A stretch of 64,000 nt of DNA, from positions 75,106-139,105 of IMG/VR virus record IMGVR_UViG_3300028797_000108; one strand, given 5' to 3'. Every line of letters starts with the position of its first letter. Within the stretch, counting starts at the first letter, position 1. The DNA is from a virus (taxonomy: Duplodnaviria; Caudoviricetes). Position numbers and translations under genes: made by a program. The notes beneath the pieces are model-generated. The model was given only the letters and a program-made list of their open reading frames with translations, was not told the DNA's origin and made no database searches. Below are positions 23,745 through 33,994 of this stretch, in pieces.

Positions 23745-24194
23745 ATGCTTTACACTGCGACAAAAGGTGAACATCAGGGCGAAGCCCACAGCGTTGCCGA
23801 ATGGCATTTGATTATCCGTCAGGTTACGGACAAGACTGCGAAAGGCACTCATGTGGCCGTCTGGAAGAAGGGCGTTGCCGATGGCTTGTATGTCAAAATG
23901 TCCGGCAAGGGCACGGGCGCACCCCGCAAGGCTGCCGTCAAGCAGGCCGCTGCACCGGCGCCCGCAAAAGATCAAACCTGGCACCCGCACGGCTCTGACA
24001 TCAAGCCTGTCAAATGGTGCGTGAGCGATCCTACGGATACCCGCAAGTGGGAGTACGTCAAGGAAGAATTTGATACGGAAGCAGCTCGTGATAAGCGACT
24101 CGCCGAAGTTCTCGCTGACAAAGAAAAGTATGATTATCGCTCCAAGGGTTGGGGCGACAAGAAGTTCAACCTCTGCTACTGGAAGGTAAAATAA
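23745..24194 (+). CDS. Hypothetical early protein
   Basis: AGGAG RBS. Confidence 0.8.
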   Translation: MLYTATKGEHQGEAHSVAEWHLIIRQVTDKTAKGTHVAVWKKGVADGLYVKMSGKGTGAPRKAAVKQAAAPAPAKDQTWHPHGSDIKPVKWCVSDPTDTRKWEYVKEEFDTEAARDKRLAEVLADKEKYDYRSKGWGDKKFNLCYWKVK

Positions 24195-24430
24195 TGAATG
24201 AAGCTGAAATGAAATTTGTCTCCGACGCTATTGCCAAGTATAACTTGCAGAGCACTGAAAATCACCATACCATTCAGATTGTTGATTTTACGGTATATCC
24301 GGAAGAACAGGCAAACGGCGCACAGATGGCGCTGAAGTTCAAGGAACACCGCTGGAAGGGTGATGTGGAAACAACCCTTGAATACAGAAATTTTGAACAG
24401 TTGAAAAATTGGTTCAATTTCCATACTTAA
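24194..24430 (+). CDS. Small hypothetical protein
   Basis: TAATG coupling. Confidence 0.7.
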   Translation: MNEAEMKFVSDAIAKYNLQSTENHHTIQIVDFTVYPEEQANGAQMALKFKEHRWKGDVETTLEYRNFEQLKNWFNFHT

Positions 24431-24584
24431 TTTGAGGAAATTTAAGCAGTTTTATTACAGATTTTTGCAGTTATCTTACGAGAATATGATGGATGGCGCA
24501 GTGCTGTATAATTACCAATTGAACACAAAATTACAGTGTAAATGAAAGTTTACAGAAAAAAATCATTTTTTCCTTTACAATTGG

Positions 24585-24624
24585 TTGACAGCTCAGCGAT
24601 AAATTGTTATATTTTACTCGTAAA
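24585..24624 (+). promoter_or_regulatory. Early promoter
   Basis: TTGACA-17-TATATT-TTACTCGTAAA. Confidence 0.85.
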
Positions 24625-24658
24625 CAAAACAAACAACAATTTTTCAAAGGATTGAACT

Positions 24659-24928
24659 ATGGCTAACAACACCGCTGCCCTCAAGAACCTCGCAAAGAAC
24701 CTCAAGGCCTCCGCTGTCAAGGTTCCGAAAAGCGTCAAGCTTTGCCCGAAGGTCTCCAAGCTTCCTCGCACCTGGTGCGGCGGTCACAGCGATCTGCCGA
24801 CTGACACGAAGTGGGAAAAGCTTCGCTACGGCATCTTTGACGCCATGAAGAAGGACAAGGGTGACAACCGCGCCCTCTGCGCAGCGGTCGCTCAGATGGC
24901 CCACAACAAGAAGTTCGGTATCCGTTAA
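24659..24928 (+). CDS. Small basic hypothetical protein
   Basis: Behind promoter, strong codon bias. Confidence 0.8.
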   Translation: MANNTAALKNLAKNLKASAVKVPKSVKLCPKVSKLPRTWCGGHSDLPTDTKWEKLRYGIFDAMKKDKGDNRALCAAVAQMAHNKKFGIR

Positions 24929-24953
24929 TCACTTTTCAAAAAGGAAACATCTT

Positions 24954-25529
24954 ATGAGAGCAAATTACAAGGAATTCATCAACGCCAACCGTTCCAAGCT
25001 CACCCACGCAGAAAAGCGGGCCATGAAGCAGGCCTCCTCGCACATCCATCAGTTGAACAGCGACATCAAGCTCGCCAAGCTTATTCGCCGTATTGAAGAT
25101 CTGCCGGAACTCAGCGAACTTCAGGCTGAAAAGCGCGACACTCAGGCCCACCTGACTCGTTTGATTGCGGGTATTCACGACCGCCTCACCCGTGCAGAAA
25201 AGCGCAAGCTTGAAGCAAAGCGCCCCGCACCGAAGACCGAGGCTAATCGCCCCCGCTTGACAAAGGCATTCGTTGAAGCAGCAGCTGCAGCCGGTGACCC
25301 GTGGGCACAGGTTTTGATGGCAGTCGCCGATCCTGATACCACTTGTTGCCGTGAGGTGCCGGTGGCAAAGATCAACCCCAAGAAGATCGCCGTGCTGAAG
25401 TCCGGTTCCTTCACTGTCAACCGCAAAACCGCTGTGGAACTGTTCAATAAGCTCCATGAGCTCATTCAAAACAAGGATTGGATTGAACATCCGGAAAACC
25501 GAGCTGTTGTGGATTTCAAATCTGTGTAA
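24954..25529 (+). CDS. Hypothetical basic protein
   Basis: AAGGA RBS, starts MRANYK. Confidence 0.8.
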   Translation: MRANYKEFINANRSKLTHAEKRAMKQASSHIHQLNSDIKLAKLIRRIEDLPELSELQAEKRDTQAHLTRLIAGIHDRLTRAEKRKLEAKRPAPKTEANRPRLTKAFVEAAAAAGDPWAQVLMAVADPDTTCCREVPVAKINPKKIAVLKSGSFTVNRKTAVELFNKLHELIQNKDWIEHPENRAVVDFKSV

Positions 25530-25568
25530 AAACTCGGAAAATTTGTGAAAAAAACTCACAAATATCCC

Positions 25569-25606
25569 TTGACAAGATCAACAAACTTTTTTATATTATA
25601 CTCGTT
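25569..25606 (+). promoter_or_regulatory. Early promoter
   Basis: TTGACA-17-TATATT-ATACTCGTT. Confidence 0.75.
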
Positions 25607-25672
25607 GCCTGATTGAAACAGCACTGACGCCAATCAACTGGCAACATTCACTTCAAACCGAAAGGTAAAACT

Positions 25673-26389
25673 ATGGCTAACAAGAACGCTAAGGCTATCG
25701 CTCAGGCCTCTAAGGTGAGCAAGAACGCTGCAACCGCTACCGCTAAGGCTGCTGCCCCGAAGTCCAAGATTGAACTGTTTGGTGCTGCACTCGTGAACTT
25801 TGTTCGCTCCAACTTCGCTTGTGTTGAACACAAGGAAGGCTCCCACGACTATTTCCTCCGTGGCGTTGACCTCGGCAACGGGGTGAAGATTGACTATCGC
25901 CTCAGCATCGCTGAAGCTCCGGCTAAGGAAGGCAAGCGTGCCTCCCACAAGCGTGAGCTCTACCGTATTGACGCTGAAGGCAAGGAACGCCTCGTTCAGT
26001 TCGGTACCTTCAAGAAGAAGTACCTCTACCCGCTCATGGGCATGGTCGTGGCCGGCAAGCCGTCCAAGGTCTCCAAGATGGTGATTGACAAGGAACTGAC
26101 CGGCAAGATCGCCGACGCTATCCGCGCCGACCGCAAGAGCTTCAAGCTCGCTGACGGTGTCCTCTCCGGTAAGGTGAAGGATGTGGGTTCCTTCCGCATG
26201 GTTGAAACCACAAAGACCCTCAAGAACGGCAAGACCCAGCTTGTCCGCCAGTTGTTCATTGACGGCGTGCTCAAGCTTGAAGGCGGCCAGCTTGGCAAGA
26301 TCAAGAACGCCTTCACCAAGGTCGGTGCCCACCGCACCATGAAGGATATTCTGGCCGACGCTAACGACGCCGTGTCCGACCTCATCTAA
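25673..26389 (+). CDS. Lys/Ala-rich hypothetical protein, probably highly expressed
   Basis: Own promoter and terminator, extreme codon bias. Confidence 0.85.
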   Translation: MANKNAKAIAQASKVSKNAATATAKAAAPKSKIELFGAALVNFVRSNFACVEHKEGSHDYFLRGVDLGNGVKIDYRLSIAEAPAKEGKRASHKRELYRIDAEGKERLVQFGTFKKKYLYPLMGMVVAGKPSKVSKMVIDKELTGKIADAIRADRKSFKLADGVLSGKVKDVGSFRMVETTKTLKNGKTQLVRQLFIDGVLKLEGGQLGKIKNAFTKVGAHRTMKDILADANDAVSDLI

Positions 26390-26405
26390 GGGATTTACCT
26401 CCCCA

Positions 26406-26450
26406 GTGGGGTGCCGGGTTTTTGATTGTTGTTACCGGCGCCCCACTTTT
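26406..26450 (+). terminator. Rho-independent terminator
   Basis: GTGGGGTGCCGG...CCGGCGCCCCAC-TTTTT. Confidence 0.7.
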
Positions 26451-26482
26451 TATTTCTTTTTAACAGCACAGAGGTAATCAAA

Positions 26483-27016
26483 ATGAATCTTACTGCTCCA
26501 GTAGTTATCACAGGCCAGGATGGCAACCCGCAAAAGACTGAAGTTGCTTTCCGCGTAAAGTTTATCCACTCCCCGTTCGTCCAGAAGGCTGGTGCCGACC
26601 AGGGTACTCCCGATCCTAAGGCTACCCGTTCAACGACTTGCACGATTGCAGTTGTTTCCCCGGGTCCCATCAACTCCAACTCCGAAAAGTTTGAGGCAGA
26701 AGGCAAGGACACCGTGTTCCTGACCCCGCTCGTTGAAGCCAAGTCAATTTGTAAGGGCCGTGATGTGGTTCTATTCTCTGCTGCTTATGGCCGCAAGAAT
26801 TCCCTTGAAAAGGCTCTGCGTGTTCTCGTTGACCGCACGAAGTATACCACTGAAAACGCCCATGTTCTTGAAGGTCTTGAAGGCTGCCCGTTTGGGTTCA
26901 CCGACGAAACCGTAAAGGCGTTCATCAAGGCGCTCCGCGAGCGTTATCCTCGTGGTTGGGATGTGGCTGCAAACCTCAGCAAAACCGCCCCGACGGTCTA
27001 CCCTTTTCAGGGTTAA
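26483..27016 (+). CDS. Hypothetical protein
   Basis: GAGG RBS; SICKGRD..FSAAYGRKNSLEKAL resembles a common phage C...D.F....G...A motif. Confidence 0.8.
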   Translation: MNLTAPVVITGQDGNPQKTEVAFRVKFIHSPFVQKAGADQGTPDPKATRSTTCTIAVVSPGPINSNSEKFEAEGKDTVFLTPLVEAKSICKGRDVVLFSAAYGRKNSLEKALRVLVDRTKYTTENAHVLEGLEGCPFGFTDETVKAFIKALRERYPRGWDVAANLSKTAPTVYPFQG

Positions 27017-27170
27017 ATAAGCTGTTTTATTACAGTTAAAAGCAGAAAACCTTCCATTTTGGGTTGTATCTGGCAGTTCCGTATAATTTGCCGATACAAC
27101 CCGTTTTCGTGTATTCTGTCAATGTAAATGTAAATTTACATAAAAATATGAAAAATCCTTTGAATTACCC

Positions 27171-27210
27171 TTGACGGTTGTCCGAATAGTTGTTATATTT
27201 TACTCGTAAA
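27171..27210 (+). promoter_or_regulatory. Early promoter
   Basis: TTGACG-17-TATATT-TTACTCGTAAA. Confidence 0.85.
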
Positions 27211-27230
27211 ACAAAACAAATGGGTATAAC

Positions 27231-28388
27231 ATGGCAACTTTGGCACAAACCCTCACTTCTGATCTTATCGCCTGTCTCGTTGATATTGACGCCGCGAATG
27301 CTAATGACAAGCTCTCTGGCAGCGTCCGTTCAAACATTAAGTGGTTCTGCAACAACTTCAGCGATCTTAGCAAGCTCAAGTTCAAAAAGTTCCTTGACCG
27401 ATTGCTGGATGACGCGGACGCTCTGGGCGTCACTGTGACCGTCACCGATGTTGAAGATGAAGCTGTTGAACTTTATATGTCGCACGAACCCTGGGACACC
27501 CCCGACGAAGAAAAGCCGTCAAAGTTCAAGATCCGCGTCTATTACCGCGGCGACATGCAGATTATCGTGTTCGCCCTCAACAAGGGTAAGTACCCCTCTG
27601 TGAAGTGGGTGAAGCAGACCCAGGCTATCCTCAAGGGCAAGGGTTGGCAGAAGTCCTATCGCGGCAACGACCTCAAGGGCACAGATTTCAACTTCCGCCT
27701 CGTATGGTTCAAGAACTGGCTGAAGCAGGCTAAGATTCAGCACGACCGCCTGATGCAGGAAAAGCGTGAGTACATCAAGTTCAAAAAGCGTCAGGAACTC
27801 AAGTGCGAGTGGTCCCTTGGTCAGATCGCCCCGATTGCGGAAATGATTGAGGAAAGGATCCCTGGCCTTCATGTGACTGTTGAACACAATGAGGCTGGTG
27901 ATGCCTTCTGGCTCCGTCTCTGGAATGTTGAATATAGTGATCCTTGGGGTGGCAAGCGCCACGCTATCTTCATGCCGATTGAAGCGTATGAAAGGTTCAA
28001 ACTTTATCAGGGCAACATCGGCTGGCGTGACTTCACTTACCTCAAGCTCAAGGAAGCTAACCCCTGCCTCGTGCCCATGTACAGCCTTGTCCGTCGCTGC
28101 GGCACCAGGGTTGAAAGAAACTATTACTGGGAACGCCCGACGATCTATATCGGTAAGGATAAGGGCGTTGACTCGGATGACTGCTACGTCACCATTGAAT
28201 GCGATCTTCCTGAAGGTTCTGCCTTCCAGAAGGCATTGCATATCAAACTCGACAAGATTGAGGAATATGTCAACGCTTGGCTGAGCTACGAAGAAAAGTG
28301 CTACCACACGTTGATGGACTACGATGCAAAGCTTCGCATCATCAACACAACAATACCTGAAGAATTCAAGATCAGTGAGGTAAAGTAA
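27231..28388 (+). CDS. Hypothetical protein
   Basis: 385 aa behind promoter. Confidence 0.85.
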   Translation: MATLAQTLTSDLIACLVDIDAANANDKLSGSVRSNIKWFCNNFSDLSKLKFKKFLDRLLDDADALGVTVTVTDVEDEAVELYMSHEPWDTPDEEKPSKFKIRVYYRGDMQIIVFALNKGKYPSVKWVKQTQAILKGKGWQKSYRGNDLKGTDFNFRLVWFKNWLKQAKIQHDRLMQEKREYIKFKKRQELKCEWSLGQIAPIAEMIEERIPGLHVTVEHNEAGDAFWLRLWNVEYSDPWGGKRHAIFMPIEAYERFKLYQGNIGWRDFTYLKLKEANPCLVPMYSLVRRCGTRVERNYYWERPTIYIGKDKGVDSDDCYVTIECDLPEGSAFQKALHIKLDKIEEYVNAWLSYEEKCYHTLMDYDAKLRIINTTIPEEFKISEVK

Positions 28389-29098
28389 TGGAACTCGAAA
28401 CCTTTAAGCGCAAACTGTGGAATCAGTTCAAGATCAAACTCCACGACGTTGTTGTCAATACAGACGTAATCCCTCAGAAGGGTAAGCGAACCCCTGTATG
28501 GACAGAGATCAGGTGGAAGGATATTCCTGCGCTCGTTGAACTGTCGGGGCATAAGTACTCGACACCGATCATCAAGGTGCTCATCGGCTACAGCTCTAAA
28601 GACAATTACTCGCGGCAGCGATACGTCTACCAGATAGCCTTCATGAAACCTCTCGGCGAACCGTCAAGGGTAGATCAGGTTATCATGCAGTATCAGATGG
28701 GATATCTCAATTCCATTCCGCGTGAGCGCAGCTGGTTGAATAGGGTGACGAAGATTGGTTCGGAACTCAACAGCGATCCTGATACAGAACTCGAATCTGA
28801 AAGCTGGGCGTTCCACATTCAGGAAATACTTAAGGGCGTGCTGCTCTGGGAATCTATTATCAAGGATCCGGAGATCGCTGCAGCTCGTAAGGCTTATGCA
28901 GAAGCAAAGGCCAAGGTCCGCGAAGCTCAGAAGGTTACCACGAAGATCCGCAGGGATTTCTATTCAAATGGATATTCCGAGCAGCACCTTGAGCATTACC
29001 AGCAGCTAAAGACCTGGAAGGTCAAGGCATGTAAGCAGCTGGCGTTGAAGTGCGAGTCGAGACCCCGCACATACGGTGGAGGTAAATGCTACGTCTAA
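28388..29098 (+). CDS. Hypothetical protein
   Basis: GAGG RBS, TAATG coupling. Confidence 0.8.
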   Translation: MELETFKRKLWNQFKIKLHDVVVNTDVIPQKGKRTPVWTEIRWKDIPALVELSGHKYSTPIIKVLIGYSSKDNYSRQRYVYQIAFMKPLGEPSRVDQVIMQYQMGYLNSIPRERSWLNRVTKIGSELNSDPDTELESESWAFHIQEILKGVLLWESIIKDPEIAAARKAYAEAKAKVREAQKVTTKIRRDFYSNGYSEQHLEHYQQLKTWKVKACKQLALKCESRPRTYGGGKCYV

Positions 29099-29469
29099 GC
29101 GTTGATCTCGCTGGGGTATCTATAGGCCGGCTGCTCCTGTACCCATGCCTTTAGATCCCTGCACACCTTGAGCAATTCCCATTTGGTATACGTTGCCCCC
29201 GCTAGATCTTCCTCAAACAGTCTAACGGGATCGTATTCCTTTCCCTGTTCCTTTTTAGATAGATAAAGGAAATGGAACGTATCGTTGGCGATCTCGTCAA
29301 TGGTTGCATCAATACTCATTAGGGTTTTCTTTTTGTCGTGCAGCATCAAACGTTTCAAATGCAATAAGGTGGTAAAGCTATTGCAGTTATCCAATAACGA
29401 TTCAATAGTGACGGACCTGTATGTATTGGCTACGAGATATTGGCGCAGCACTTGTGGTATTATTCTCAT
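29095..29469 (-). CDS. Hypothetical protein (lone minus-strand gene)
   Basis: GAGG RBS before ATG 29469; converges on 28388..29098. Confidence 0.6.
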   Translation of the reverse strand: MRIIPQVLRQYLVANTYRSVTIESLLDNCNSFTTLLHLKRLMLHDKKKTLMSIDATIDEIANDTFHFLYLSKKEQGKEYDPVRLFEEDLAGATYTKWELLKVCRDLKAWVQEQPAYRYPSEINA

Positions 29470-30029
29470 GGTAACCTCGTGGTATAATTTGTTTGACAAT
29501 AGGGGCAATACTATTGATATATTGCCGCAAAATTGTTATATTTGAATAAAATAACGAATAATCTATATATTTAGGCAAAACTCATGAAAAAGTAAGAAAA
29601 CTAAAGAATTTCACCGAAAACATGGGTAGATCATGGGTATGAGCCCGGGTCTTACTAGGTGGGTGGGCATGACGATGGGTCTTGGGAGAACTACCCATAC
29701 TGTCAGTATTGCTGATAGGGTTGCTGACAATACAAATTGACCATATTTTGACCCATTGCCGAAAACCAAAGGTGGAAACACGAAAAAATGTATTCAGTCC
29801 CCTAGCCGGATAAAAAGAGGGGGTTGTCAACCTCAGGCTACTATAGCAAAAGAAGACATCTCTTTCTTGAGGACGCGGCGGAGAAAAGCAGCGGCGGCGG
29901 ATTGAAAAAATCAAAAAATTTTCAAAAGATGAACCTCGGATTTTTAATGGTCCCTAATAAAAAAATTACAAAAATTTCAAAAATGATGGATTGACAAATA
30001 ACCCTCTTCTTCAAACAACGGAGAAAACA

Positions 30030-30299
30030 ATGATCGGAAAAGTTGGACAGGACGACGAACGGATTACCCCTACCCCTAGAACTCAAAAGGAGGAATATCA
30101 CAGGGATGGATTTTTGGGGCTCGTTTCAGAACTCGGTACATTTGGCATGATCTTCATGTCTATTGTATTTGTGGTGTTCTCTATACCTTTGGGGATCTTT
30201 GTATTTTCGGAATTGAGTTATATGGTACTTCTGATATTGGCTATCGTATGTATCTTAACTATGATTGTAATTTTATTATTGACTGAAATGGAGAGATAG
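30030..30299 (+). CDS. Small membrane protein (2 TM)
   Basis: GGAGA RBS, two hydrophobic segments. Confidence 0.7.
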   Translation: MIGKVGQDDERITPTPRTQKEEYHRDGFLGLVSELGTFGMIFMSIVFVVFSIPLGIFVFSELSYMVLLILAIVCILTMIVILLLTEMER

Positions 30300-30304
30300 G
30301 ACAG

Positions 30305-30679
30305 ATGAAAACAACAATTCAGAAATTTACCGTTGATAAAAACGGAAACAAGAAAAAAGCAAATGGAACTGTTAACCATATACGCAATGCCGCTATGTAC
30401 ACGGAAGGGTTGACCGTGGAGGTTGACGGGATTAGCGCTAGCGGGAAGAAGTTCATGACGACGATGACATTGAAAGCTAGCGACAGCGAAGCGGTGATGA
30501 ATCGGATTGCGATGCAGAAGTTGGGCGCTGACGGGATTGCTCAGTGTCTTGGCTTTGGATTGCCGATTTTGTCAAAGCCGGTTAAGCGCTGTTATGGAAT
30601 TGAAATTGACGGGCAGCACTTCTTTGTCATTAGGACGATGGCTGACCTGCAGAACTTGTGTACCTTTATTAACACTTAA
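30305..30679 (+). CDS. Hypothetical protein
   Basis: Operon packing. Confidence 0.8.
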   Translation: MKTTIQKFTVDKNGNKKKANGTVNHIRNAAMYTEGLTVEVDGISASGKKFMTTMTLKASDSEAVMNRIAMQKLGADGIAQCLGFGLPILSKPVKRCYGIEIDGQHFFVIRTMADLQNLCTFINT

Positions 30680-30690
30680 GGGAGGAACTT

Positions 30691-31356
30691 ATGGGATTTA
30701 ATACTCCGACGGCAGAACTTATTGGATTGCCTACAGCAAAGAAGGAAAACGGCGAAGCCAGATATGATCGTATCTGGGCTTACATTCAAGATGTGGTGGC
30801 GAAGATTGACAAGGTCTTTGAGGAAGAAGCGAACACTGATCTCGTTTATACGAAGAAGGTGAAGGACTTTAAGCGCTATCCGGGTGGCTACCGTTGTAAG
30901 ATTACTTATCGTTTCCGTTTGGGGACGGAAGAGCTTGTTTACCGTTTGGTGGCGTCAGAGACTGAAACCTTTGTGATGCATGCGAAGATTATCCTTGGAC
31001 CGGCTGATACCGGATATGCTTGTCCGATCCGAACAGCGGTTGCGGGCTTGCTTAACACTAATCCGAGAAATGTTTATCCAGATATGATCGGCGCCGCGCA
31101 GACATTCAATATGTCGGACTACTCTGTATTCAACACTGCAGAAAAGGTCGCGCCGAAGATTGAATTTGTCAGATGCTGGCTGCAGAATGCTAAGCGCTGG
31201 ATGCGTTGGATTCGTCTTGTGAAGGAGAAGGCAGAAGAGGAACTTGTGGTTTACCGTAAGGAATCGGAAGAGCTTGAACATCTTCTTTCTATCAACCGTA
31301 TGAGAAGGGAGAGCTTGGCGATTAAGCTGCACAACCTTATGAAGGTCCTACCTTAA
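30691..31356 (+). CDS. Hypothetical protein, C-terminal coiled coil
   Basis: GGAGG RBS. Confidence 0.8.
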   Translation: MGFNTPTAELIGLPTAKKENGEARYDRIWAYIQDVVAKIDKVFEEEANTDLVYTKKVKDFKRYPGGYRCKITYRFRLGTEELVYRLVASETETFVMHAKIILGPADTGYACPIRTAVAGLLNTNPRNVYPDMIGAAQTFNMSDYSVFNTAEKVAPKIEFVRCWLQNAKRWMRWIRLVKEKAEEELVVYRKESEELEHLLSINRMRRESLAIKLHNLMKVLP

Positions 31357-31369
31357 AGGAGAACTTAAA

Positions 31370-31624
31370 ATGGAAATCTATTTAGGTTTTATGTCGGCGT
31401 TCTGTGCGCTGCTTGCACTGATCTTTATCATCATGCTTTTCCGTCATAAGACGGTTAACCTGATGCAGAAACGATTGGCGCTTGCCATCATTATCTGCTT
31501 GCTTGAGTTTGCGAGTTTCCATTGGGTCTTGGGATGTATCTGGATTGGTACATCTTTTATTCAATGGCTTGACTTGCGGGAAGCGCAAGAGAAGAATGAA
31601 AATGGACACATAAGGATTGAGTGA
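31370..31624 (+). CDS. Small membrane protein
   Basis: AAGGAG RBS, hydrophobic. Confidence 0.75.
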   Translation: MEIYLGFMSAFCALLALIFIIMLFRHKTVNLMQKRLALAIIICLLEFASFHWVLGCIWIGTSFIQWLDLREAQEKNENGHIRIE

Positions 31625-31887
31625 TGGGCGCCAACATTGAAATCAAGCGTGTACATATTGCTGAGAATGACGATTCATTCTATCGGCACCGTATGCGCAT
31701 TCCGTATGATGGCGGAAATTCAGATAGAGGAACGATGTGGTTCTTTTACATAGCCATAGCGGTATCTTTATTGCTTGTCTTTTATGCCATACACATCGGA
31801 CATGATGTGCCTAACGAACCCACAGAACCTAAACCTTTAATTGAAAATTCATTCCAACAGATGGACACGGATTATGAAACATATTAA
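31621..31887 (+). CDS. Small single-TM protein
   Basis: Coupled start, one hydrophobic segment. Confidence 0.7.
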   Translation: MMGANIEIKRVHIAENDDSFYRHRMRIPYDGGNSDRGTMWFFYIAIAVSLLLVFYAIHIGHDVPNEPTEPKPLIENSFQQMDTDYETY

Positions 31888-32086
31888 GATTGAACCGTTT
31901 GACGGAATGCCAGATGACGAAAAGCTGAAGATCCTGTTAAAGCAGATGAAGCGTAAGCGCCGCATTGCTATGATTATTATGTGGGCATGCATCATTGGAT
32001 TTGCCTTCACGCTTAACTCGGTCATTATGGACGCACACGAAAAAGCTAAGCAACAGGTGGAAATTACACATGAGACCGGACATTGA
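31874..32086 (+). CDS. Small single-TM protein
   Basis: Starts MKHIKI, hydrophobic segment. Confidence 0.7.
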   Translation: MKHIKIEPFDGMPDDEKLKILLKQMKRKRRIAMIIMWACIIGFAFTLNSVIMDAHEKAKQQVEITHETGH

Positions 32087-32137
32087 CAGATTGCTTGCCC
32101 GCATTATCATGGTTGTGATGGTTATCATTATAATAGG

Positions 32138-32440
32138 ATGGTTAATATGAGCAATAAAATTACCAAGAAGGATGTTCTCGATGTGCTTTCTAAGATTGAA
32201 GGCATCATCATAACTCAGAATGATGACCGCAGGGTCGCATTCACGCATAATGTGTATGGCGGCGATGGCTGGGTTACATTTAAAGATGGCAAATTTGAAA
32301 AGGGCAACTTGTCACCTTGGGAGGAGGCAGACTTGTTTTTTGATTTTGCTATTGATGAACCGAACGAAATTTATTATATTATTAAGGCGGGATTGACCGC
32401 AGCGAAATGGAAAAGGAAACAACAACATGAACGAACTTGA
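32138..32440 (+). CDS. Hypothetical protein
   Basis: Operon packing; start could be 32147. Confidence 0.75.
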   Translation: MVNMSNKITKKDVLDVLSKIEGIIITQNDDRRVAFTHNVYGGDGWVTFKDGKFEKGNLSPWEEADLFFDFAIDEPNEIYYIIKAGLTAAKWKRKQQHERT

Positions 32441-33263
32441 CGAATGGCTTGCTACTATGGGCGCGATTGGCGTCTTTGGCGATAAAGATGCTAAGGAAAC
32501 AATGGCGCATGCCCTGAAGATGGCAGGCATACTTGCACGAGGAAAGAGCGAAGCAAAGCCAGATCCTCGTAATGCTCCTAATCCTGAAGGATATATTTGG
32601 ACAAGAGCAAAGGTGGCTAAAGTAGACAACATGCTTATGGCTGCCAAGGACGATAATTTCAATTACAGAAAGATTGTTCATACCGACGAAGCGCCGACCG
32701 AGAATGATAAGCATTGGTTCATCTTCGTTGAATGGGATGTTCAGATTGGCGATACTGCTTACTGGGAAATCAAGATCCGAGCAAATAACAATACCGCCAA
32801 CTTTTATGCGGCACCGGTAGAATTTGATTTATCGGCTGTTCAAGACGCATTGAACGGAATGATGTTTGAAGAATTCGGTTGGAATAAAGACGAATTTGAA
32901 CGCCGCTTCGTTGAGAAGTTGACAAAGCACCGTCGTGAATGGGCACTGTATGACACGATTGAAGATAAGGACATTGAACATACTCAGAAATACATAAACG
33001 CAACAAAGGCTGCTAACCGTTATCTGAAAAAGGCAATGCCCTTCATTGAAAAGACTGTCACCGAACATCAAGACATGCTTAACAGGGCTAAGCAACTGCA
33101 GAATGATGCGACCGCATTAAGGAACGCTGCGATTACGAAAGCAGGTAAGATCTTTGAAGTGGTCAATGATATGCAGGTGAATACCGAACCTCAAGAAAAA
33201 GATGAAGATGATGAAGATGATGAACAGTTGTTCACAGACGACTTATCTTGGGATTTCACATAA
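32427..33263 (+). CDS. Hypothetical protein, C-terminal coiled coil and acidic tail
   Basis: 278 aa, AAGGA RBS. Confidence 0.85.
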   Translation: MNELDEWLATMGAIGVFGDKDAKETMAHALKMAGILARGKSEAKPDPRNAPNPEGYIWTRAKVAKVDNMLMAAKDDNFNYRKIVHTDEAPTENDKHWFIFVEWDVQIGDTAYWEIKIRANNNTANFYAAPVEFDLSAVQDALNGMMFEEFGWNKDEFERRFVEKLTKHRREWALYDTIEDKDIEHTQKYINATKAANRYLKKAMPFIEKTVTEHQDMLNRAKQLQNDATALRNAAITKAGKIFEVVNDMQVNTEPQEKDEDDEDDEQLFTDDLSWDFT

Positions 33264-33994
33264 TGAGAGCTGACGCAATTTTACCTCTAGAAGGTATACC
33301 GCCTTTTACAAGAGAGGCGGTTATTGAAATGATACTTAAAAGATACGCTCATTACTTTCCGGAGCTGGGTTATGACAGCACGAAAGTCGCTGCGTTGCTT
33401 GACAAGATGAATATGCGAGACATCATTGTCTTCAATTCATTCGTCACGGAAATTATGAGGGTCTTTACGGTTGACCAGATTGACTTTGCTGTTGAGAAGG
33501 TCTCAAGTATCACGAATGCGATAACACTTCGCTTCTCTTTGAAGGACACAGGATTGACTTTGGGTATCCTTCACCTTGATAAGGATGTAGGTCATATCCT
33601 TCGCGGTTCTTTTGCCATTCCTAAATACTTGTATCACGGTAAGCTGGGAATGACTCCTCGTCAGATTGAAGACTGGGAGAAGAATGTTGAACCGATTACC
33701 GATTGCTATTGGATAAATTATAACCATGCGACATCTGGAAGAACAGATGCGATGGGTGTATGCCATGCAACCGAAGATTGTGTAAGCATGTGGAAGAAGA
33801 TGCAGAAGTGGCGTGAAGTTGTCATTCCTAATGATGTTAAAACAGCAGAAAAACTTGAGAACATTTCAAAGAAGATTCAAGATCTTGAGGAACAGCGTAA
33901 ACAAGTTATCAAGCTACACTTTGAAAAGATAAACAAGATTGCAGACGCACTTGAATTAAAGGATGTAGATAAAGATGTCGCAAGAAAATGGTGA
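33263..33994 (+). CDS. Hypothetical protein, C-terminal coiled coil
   Basis: TAATG coupling. Confidence 0.8.
   Translation: MRADAILPLEGIPPFTREAVIEMILKRYAHYFPELGYDSTKVAALLDKMNMRDIIVFNSFVTEIMRVFTVDQIDFAVEKVSSITNAITLRFSLKDTGLTLGILHLDKDVGHILRGSFAIPKYLYHGKLGMTPRQIEDWEKNVEPITDCYWINYNHATSGRTDAMGVCHATEDCVSMWKKMQKWREVVIPNDVKTAEKLENISKKIQDLEEQRKQVIKLHFEKINKIADALELKDVDKDVARKW

Noticed and set aside
29582-29914. 110-aa minus-strand ORF
   Set aside because: No RBS, atypical composition, lies in the repeat-rich boundary region.
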